A stretch of 64,000 nucleotides of DNA from Nitrospirota bacterium (GTDB lineage: Bacteria > Nitrospirota > Nitrospiria > Nitrospirales > Nitrospiraceae), in assembly GCA_963703955.1 (NCBI GenBank), contig CAVPGK010000016.1:64001-128000 (forward strand), read 5' to 3'. The notes beneath the pieces were generated by a model that searched no databases, had not been told where the DNA came from, and saw only the letters and a program-made list of their open reading frames with translations. The position numbers and the translations under genes are program-made. The first letter of the stretch is position 1. Each line of letters starts with the position of its first letter. This document shows, piece after piece, positions 59,435 to 64,000 of this stretch.

Positions 59435-60881
59435 ATGACACTCAGTTGCGGTGAGCAACGGTTTTTCATCGGAACAGGGAGGTTTTCTGTGGCGGAACTG
59501 GATGAACGAGCAAGAAGGTTTGCTTGGCTCACGTTCACGATGCACCCGATTGAGTTGAATAAGAACCACACGATCCAAGCTCAGGGTCAGCTCTTTGATG
59601 GGGGCACCTACGCGCTACAGTTAACCGTCATACGGGTCGATACCGAAGGCGTGATGCTCTCTTATGCTGGTCGCGTGGCGGAGCATTGCTTCTTCGCACG
59701 ACGCTTAAAGGTCCCATTTGTAGCAGACCAACCGGTCCAGTTCGGTGTGACAAACGTGAGTCAAAGCCCAGCTACTCCGCCACTCTATGCCATGTGGGAG
59801 CGGAGTGTGCGAGTCGCGCCGGGCGAGACAGCCGTGATCATGATCGGACAGCTCGAAGGGGGAAGACTTGATGAGGCCGAGGAACTAGAGAAACTAGGCG
59901 GACTGATTAGTATAAGCCAACCTATGGTTGACCTACTCGCGCCGCTTCAGCTTATTGCTGACAGCGATGCCCCTGTGCTGGTCACCGGCGAAACAGGAAC
60001 AGGTAAGGAACTGCTCATGCGCGCTATCCATTCCCTGAGCCAGCGGGCGAACTCATCCTTCGTTCCCATTAATTGCGGTGCGCTGCCCGATTCACTGCTC
60101 GAGGCCGAACTCTTTGGTCACGAGCGGGGATCCTTTACGGGCGCTGACACCCGACGGGTCGGGCTATTGAAGGAAGCGGACGGAGGAACTGTTTGCCTCG
60201 ACGAAGTGGACGAGCTCACGCCGCGAGGACAGGTTGCCTTATTACGCGTGCTACAGGATAAGCGATTCCGTCCGATTGGGGCCACGCGCGAGCAGGTCAC
60301 GAATGTGCGCTTTGTTGCGGCCACCAACGCATCGCTCCATGACCTCGTCTGCACTGGTCGTTTCCGGGCAGACCTCTATTATCGGTTGTGCGTGTTTTCC
60401 CTTCATTTGCCTCCGTTGCGAGATCGCCGCGAGGACATCCTTCCGTTGGCCGAGCACTTCCTACGGAAGCATCCCACAGTCTCGGACATGATGCCCCGTC
60501 TTGCCCCTGAGGCTCGGCTGGCGCTTGTAGCTTATGCGTGGCCAGGCAACGTGCGGGAGCTCGAGAATGTCATGCTCCGCGCAGCTCAGCTCTCGCTCAA
60601 TGGCAATATTCGGCGTGGAGGCTCTCGGGATACCACCGGCACCTGCCGGCCTGGCCAAGGACCCCATCGACGAGTCCTTCACGACATTGAAGCGCCGTAC
60701 CATTGAGATGTTCGAGCATGACTATTTGACGCGTCTCATGCGTGATCACTGCGGAAACATCAGCGAAGCTGCGCGGGCTGCCGGAAAGGACCGACGGGAT
60801 CTTCGAAGGCTCCTGCAGAAGTACCGGATAAGTCGTACAAGTTTCTTGGCGTCCATTGCCGTGCTGGGGGCCGTTTGTTGA
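59435..60881 (+). CDS. Sigma-54-dependent (NtrC/Fis-type) activator with unrecognised N-terminal region (frameshift near 60610)
   Basis: VLVTGETGTGKEL, ELFGHERGSFTGA, LDEVDEL, FRADLYYRL, WPGNVRELEN; Fis HTH in the next frame (GNISEAARAAGKDRR). Confidence 0.9.
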
Positions 60882-61014
60882 GCGGATAGGACGGAGTCAG
60901 CGGAGCCGACTTTTAGCATCAGACGATCCTTTCTTGCTCGCTCGAGTATACAAATTCGGAAGAGCATACCTGTGAAAGCGAGCATAGACTGATCACACAC
61001 CATAGGAGGCAATC

Positions 61015-61551
61015 ATGCTACAAAGATGGTGTAGAGTTCTCGCGTTAATCGGGTTCATAGCAGTCCTGCTTCATTCGACCGCTACCATGCTCAAGGCCGG
61101 GATGGACGAGGCGGGACTGAGCTTAGCCATTGCCAAGGAGGACATGTCCCAGATGCTGGAGGCGGCCGCTCAAGAAAAGCTGAGAGTCTTTTCGGAACAA
61201 ACTGATAAATTTAAAAAGAACATGGATGTCGTTCAATATCAAATCGAGCAGGCTGGCAAGAACCTTCACGAGAAAGACCGCAAGTGGATAGCAGAGACAA
61301 CAAGGGAGAAGGCGCTTGCAAAATACATGAAGGTAGTGGCCGCTATTGCGTCAGTAAAACAGGCTCTAAGTGAAGCCAAATCCCCCTCTTCCGAAACAAG
61401 CAACCTCAAGAGCGAATGGGGCGAATTCTGCGATGCTTTCGACAAGCTATGGGATGACTACCAAAAACGGGGGAAACAGCTCGCGGAAGCCCAGAAAGAG
61501 GCGGAGGAAAGAGTAAAGTTGTTCAAAGAAGATTGCAAAAAGTGCTTCTGA
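61015..61551 (+). CDS. Exported alpha-helical/coiled-coil hypothetical protein
   Basis: AGGAGG RBS; signal peptide; helical and charged; ends DCKKCF. Confidence 0.75.
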   Translation: MLQRWCRVLALIGFIAVLLHSTATMLKAGMDEAGLSLAIAKEDMSQMLEAAAQEKLRVFSEQTDKFKKNMDVVQYQIEQAGKNLHEKDRKWIAETTREKALAKYMKVVAAIASVKQALSEAKSPSSETSNLKSEWGEFCDAFDKLWDDYQKRGKQLAEAQKEAEERVKLFKEDCKKCF

Positions 61552-61629
61552 GGCATCTGCGAGAAGGGCTGGTTCCCGATTATGTAGGGTATAGAGCTAA
61601 CTTTGCCGCAAACACACGGAGAGATCATC

Positions 61630-62104
61630 ATGAGGATGTACACGATTGCTCTGGGAGTTGCTTTCGACACTTGCCGGGGCTGTTGTACAAGCGGCTCCGG
61701 TATGTTCGACGGCTGAGTTGTTCGCTGGCAACCCTTCATATGAAGAACCGATGGACCGTGCCTCGGACGGCCAGGGTTTGCTGGACAATCCCCCTCTCGC
61801 ATGGCGATCGCTTCTCTTTGTTGATGGCAAGCTCGTCACTCAAGTTGGACAGGAAATCTGGTACACGGATTTAAAGGCAACCAAGCCGGTGATCAAGCGA
61901 CTCACGGGGCGAGAAAACCGTACGGGACAATCGATTAAACCAGGCGCTTGTCAAGATGCCCGCTTCGCAAACATCGCAGGCGTCGCTCTCAAAAGCGATG
62001 GCGCCATCGTTGGTGCCGATCAAACCGGCAACAACGTCTTTTTGATCAAAGACCCATTCGGCGCCAATTGCACAGTCACGTTTTCGGCATCAGGCGTTTC
62101 ATGA
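61630..62104 (+). pseudogene. Truncated exported NHL/beta-propeller-like protein
   Basis: Signal peptide (frameshifted); ELFAGNP...DG, GACQDARFANIAGVAL.SDG.IV.AD..GN; ends abruptly. Confidence 0.55.
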
Positions 62105-62363
62105 AGCCCTCCTTGCGGCAAATGACGCTCTATCGAAAGAGCGTGTGCTGCAGATCGCGAGCGAGGTGGGTTTGGATGTCGAGAAACTGGAGAGGGACAT
62201 GGAGAAACCCGAATGGCTTACGATCATCGAACGCAACCGAGCGCTGGCCAGAAACTTGGGCATCACTGGCACCCCGGCGTTTGTCGTGGGCAATGAGCTA
62301 GTGCCCGGCGCAATGAACCTAACGGCGCTCAAGGATCTTGTCCTACGAGGACGAGCGCGATAA
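62085..62363 (+). pseudogene. C-terminal half of a DsbA-family thioredoxin-fold protein
   Basis: AFHEALLA...VLQIASEVGLDVEKLERDM...NRALARNLGITGTPAFVVG; no CxxC N-terminal half. Confidence 0.8.
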
Positions 62364-62412
62364 TCAAGGTGCGTACATGGCTAAAACTGAGGCAAAGGAA
62401 GGTAGGCCATCG

Positions 62413-64000
62413 ATGGATCTCCTTTCACGCGTTCTGCAGGTCGTGATCGCGGTCGTGTTCCTGATCATTTCGACTACCGCGGAGGCCCGCGATTGGTTCG
62501 TGCGCGCCGGCGAGACCGGAGGTGACGGCTCGCAGGAGAAGCCCTTCACCGATCCCTGGCAGGCGCTGGACAAGCTCGAGGCTGGTGACAAAGTACACGT
62601 CACTGAGGGGAAGTACTACGGGAAAGTCGACGCTGGATACTGGGTAATCCCTTTTCCGCGCGTGGAGCTATACGGCGGCTATGACCCGACCTTCAAGGAG
62701 CGCAACCCCTGGAAGCGCCCGAGCGAGCTGCTCTGGAAGAAGGGTTCGCAGAACCGGACGGATACCTCCCGGGCGCGGGTCTCCGGCTCGAACAACGACC
62801 ATTCGGGCGCAGTGCTTGACGGGTTCATCATCGACATGAGGGACCTGAACAATTACAGCGGCGGTCCGGACGGAAGTCTCGCTGAGCCGAGACTGCAGCA
62901 GGCGGTGAATCTAGAGCATCCCGGATCGGTGATCCGTAACTGCGTGATTGCCAATTCCCCCCTGACTGGAGTCCGTATCCGCCAGGGCGTCACGGTCGAG
63001 AATAATGTCATCATCAACTCTGTAGACCTGGCGATCGACGCCACCGGCGGGAATACGCTCAGCGGGAACAAAAACACCGATCCTACGGTGATCCGCAGCA
63101 ACACGATTCTGGGAACCTGGGTGTCGGGATCCCCGGCCGGTAAGGGTGGTGCAGGGGGGATCGGGATTAAGATCGACAAAAGCACGGTGATTGAGGGGAA
63201 CATCATCGCGTTCACCGCCAATCACGGGATCTGGCTGGGTAACATCCCGCTCTCAGGCATCACGCTCAAGGGAAACGTCTTCCATCGGAACCTATTCTCC
63301 AACGTGAAGTTCTATCTGGACGGGAAGGACTCCGCAATCGATGACTCCGACATGGATTCGCTCGGGGAGCTGGGATTTCTCGTTCAGGAAGGCAACACCG
63401 TCGCAGAGCCCGAGTTCTCGTTTGACGCGGGATGGCTCGACCGCTTCACACTGCATGCGTTTGCGCATGGGAAGGTACTCAAGGCTGAGGATTGGAATGC
63501 CACCCGCAAGGCAGCTGGGCTGGCCCCGCTGACGGCAAGTGGCGACACGTTCGCACCCGCCTACGACGTGAAAAAGGTGTCTGGCCTGCTTGCTCCGAGC
63601 AACGCGGCGGTGAAAGCGGGGGCGCGTGTGTGGGAACTTGACGTCAAGCCCTTCATAGCTGCGGTGGCAGCGGGGCCTGCAAAGACCTACCAGAAGATGG
63701 ACATCGCAACCTGGGCGAAGAAGCCCGAATCAGTAGACGGGAAACTCTTGGAAATGGTTGTCTCGCTGCAAGGGGTCACTGGCGCCACCGGCCTGCCCGA
63801 GGTTTCTCCGGATACCCACGGCGCGAAGTTCCTCGAGGGCCGGGTGGGAGGCGGCGACCGCATCGTTGGCATCTACAAGAAGGGAACGAACGCAGAGCGC
63901 GTGTTTGAGGCTGCAAAAACATTTGGCAATTTCGTCGGAGAGGCCATGGAACTCTATGTCGTCCGTGGGACAGCGCGGGCCTCAACCGGAACCCCCAAAG
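62413..64000 (+). CDS. Large exported right-handed parallel beta-helix protein (runs off window end; absent from ORF track)
   Basis: Signal peptide ending AEA-R; DWFVRAG..GGDGSQEKPF..., GDKVHVTEGKY, ELYGGY, LDGFIID, IRNCVIAN, VENNVIIN, IEGNIIAF; open to 64000. Confidence 0.85.
   Translation, partial: MDLLSRVLQVVIAVVFLIISTTAEARDWFVRAGETGGDGSQEKPFTDPWQALDKLEAGDKVHVTEGKYYGKVDAGYWVIPFPRVELYGGYDPTFKERNPWKRPSELLWKKGSQNRTDTSRARVSGSNNDHSGAVLDGFIIDMRDLNNYSGGPDGSLAEPRLQQAVNLEHPGSVIRNCVIANSPLTGVRIRQGVTVENNVIINSVDLAIDATGGNTLSGNKNTDPTVIRSNTILGTWVSGSPAGKGGAGGIGIKIDKSTVIEGNIIAFTANHGIWLGNIPLSGITLKGNVFHRNLFSNVKFYLDGKDSAIDDSDMDSLGELGFLVQEGNTVAEPEFSFDAGWLDRFTLHAFAHGKVLKAEDWNATRKAAGLAPLTASGDTFAPAYDVKKVSGLLAPSNAAVKAGARVWELDVKPFIAAVAAGPAKTYQKMDIATWAKKPESVDGKLLEMVVSLQGVTGATGLPEVSPDTHGAKFLEGRVGGGDRIVGIYKKGTNAERVFEAAKTFGNFVGEAMELYVVRGTARASTGTPK

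Larger units (their letters stand above)
51133..64000. mobile_element. Genomic island downstream of tRNA-Phe (right end not in window)
   Basis: Integrase relic immediately after the tRNA, followed by many gene fragments and accessory genes; no attR copy seen. Confidence 0.65.

Noticed and set aside
1..64000. CRISPR array or cas genes
   Set aside because: No series of equal-length repeats with unique spacers; the 22-bp repeat has only two copies 563 bp apart.
51133..64000. attR duplicate of the tRNA-Phe 3' end
   Set aside because: No copy noticed in the window, so the island's right boundary is not assigned.

Overview
Bacterial chromosome segment, most likely Nitrospira-like (Nitrospirota). 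This assignment is an inference from the glyQ-glyS-ppdK-ribD gene order, the protein style and a characteristic intergenic TIR repeat. Core genes: Rrf2-linked sulfate ABC transporter (sbp-cysTWA), glyQS, ppdK, ribD, ribE, acs, a lipoprotein cluster (LPP20/LpoB/COG3014), proC, a two-component pair, a TPP-dependent keto-acid decarboxylase, an OPT transporter and tRNA-Phe. Three accessory zones stand out. (1) About 17.4-29.9 kb is a patchwork with a solitary integron attC, gene relics, a DUF2235 lipase-like gene and a complete pqqABCDE cluster (long PqqA, PqqC with His substitutions) plus a PQQ-dependent dehydrogenase. (2) A 3.7 kb decayed tyrosine-integrase element (40.9-44.6 kb) sits inside the 3' end of a small protein gene and supplies a synonymously recoded replacement tail. 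(3) A tRNA-Phe-anchored island runs from 51.1 kb to the window end with integrase, HsdR, CBS and DsbA relics, a 23-aa hydrophobic peptide gene, a sigma-54 activator with an unrecognised N-terminus and secreted proteins. Other notable points are a CxxC-x11-CxxC insertion in PPDK and a secreted caspase-TPR protein lacking the catalytic Cys. Many otherwise intact genes carry single frameshifts, which most likely reflect assembly indel errors. No CRISPR array or rRNA was seen. All family calls come from motif recognition by eye, not from database searches.
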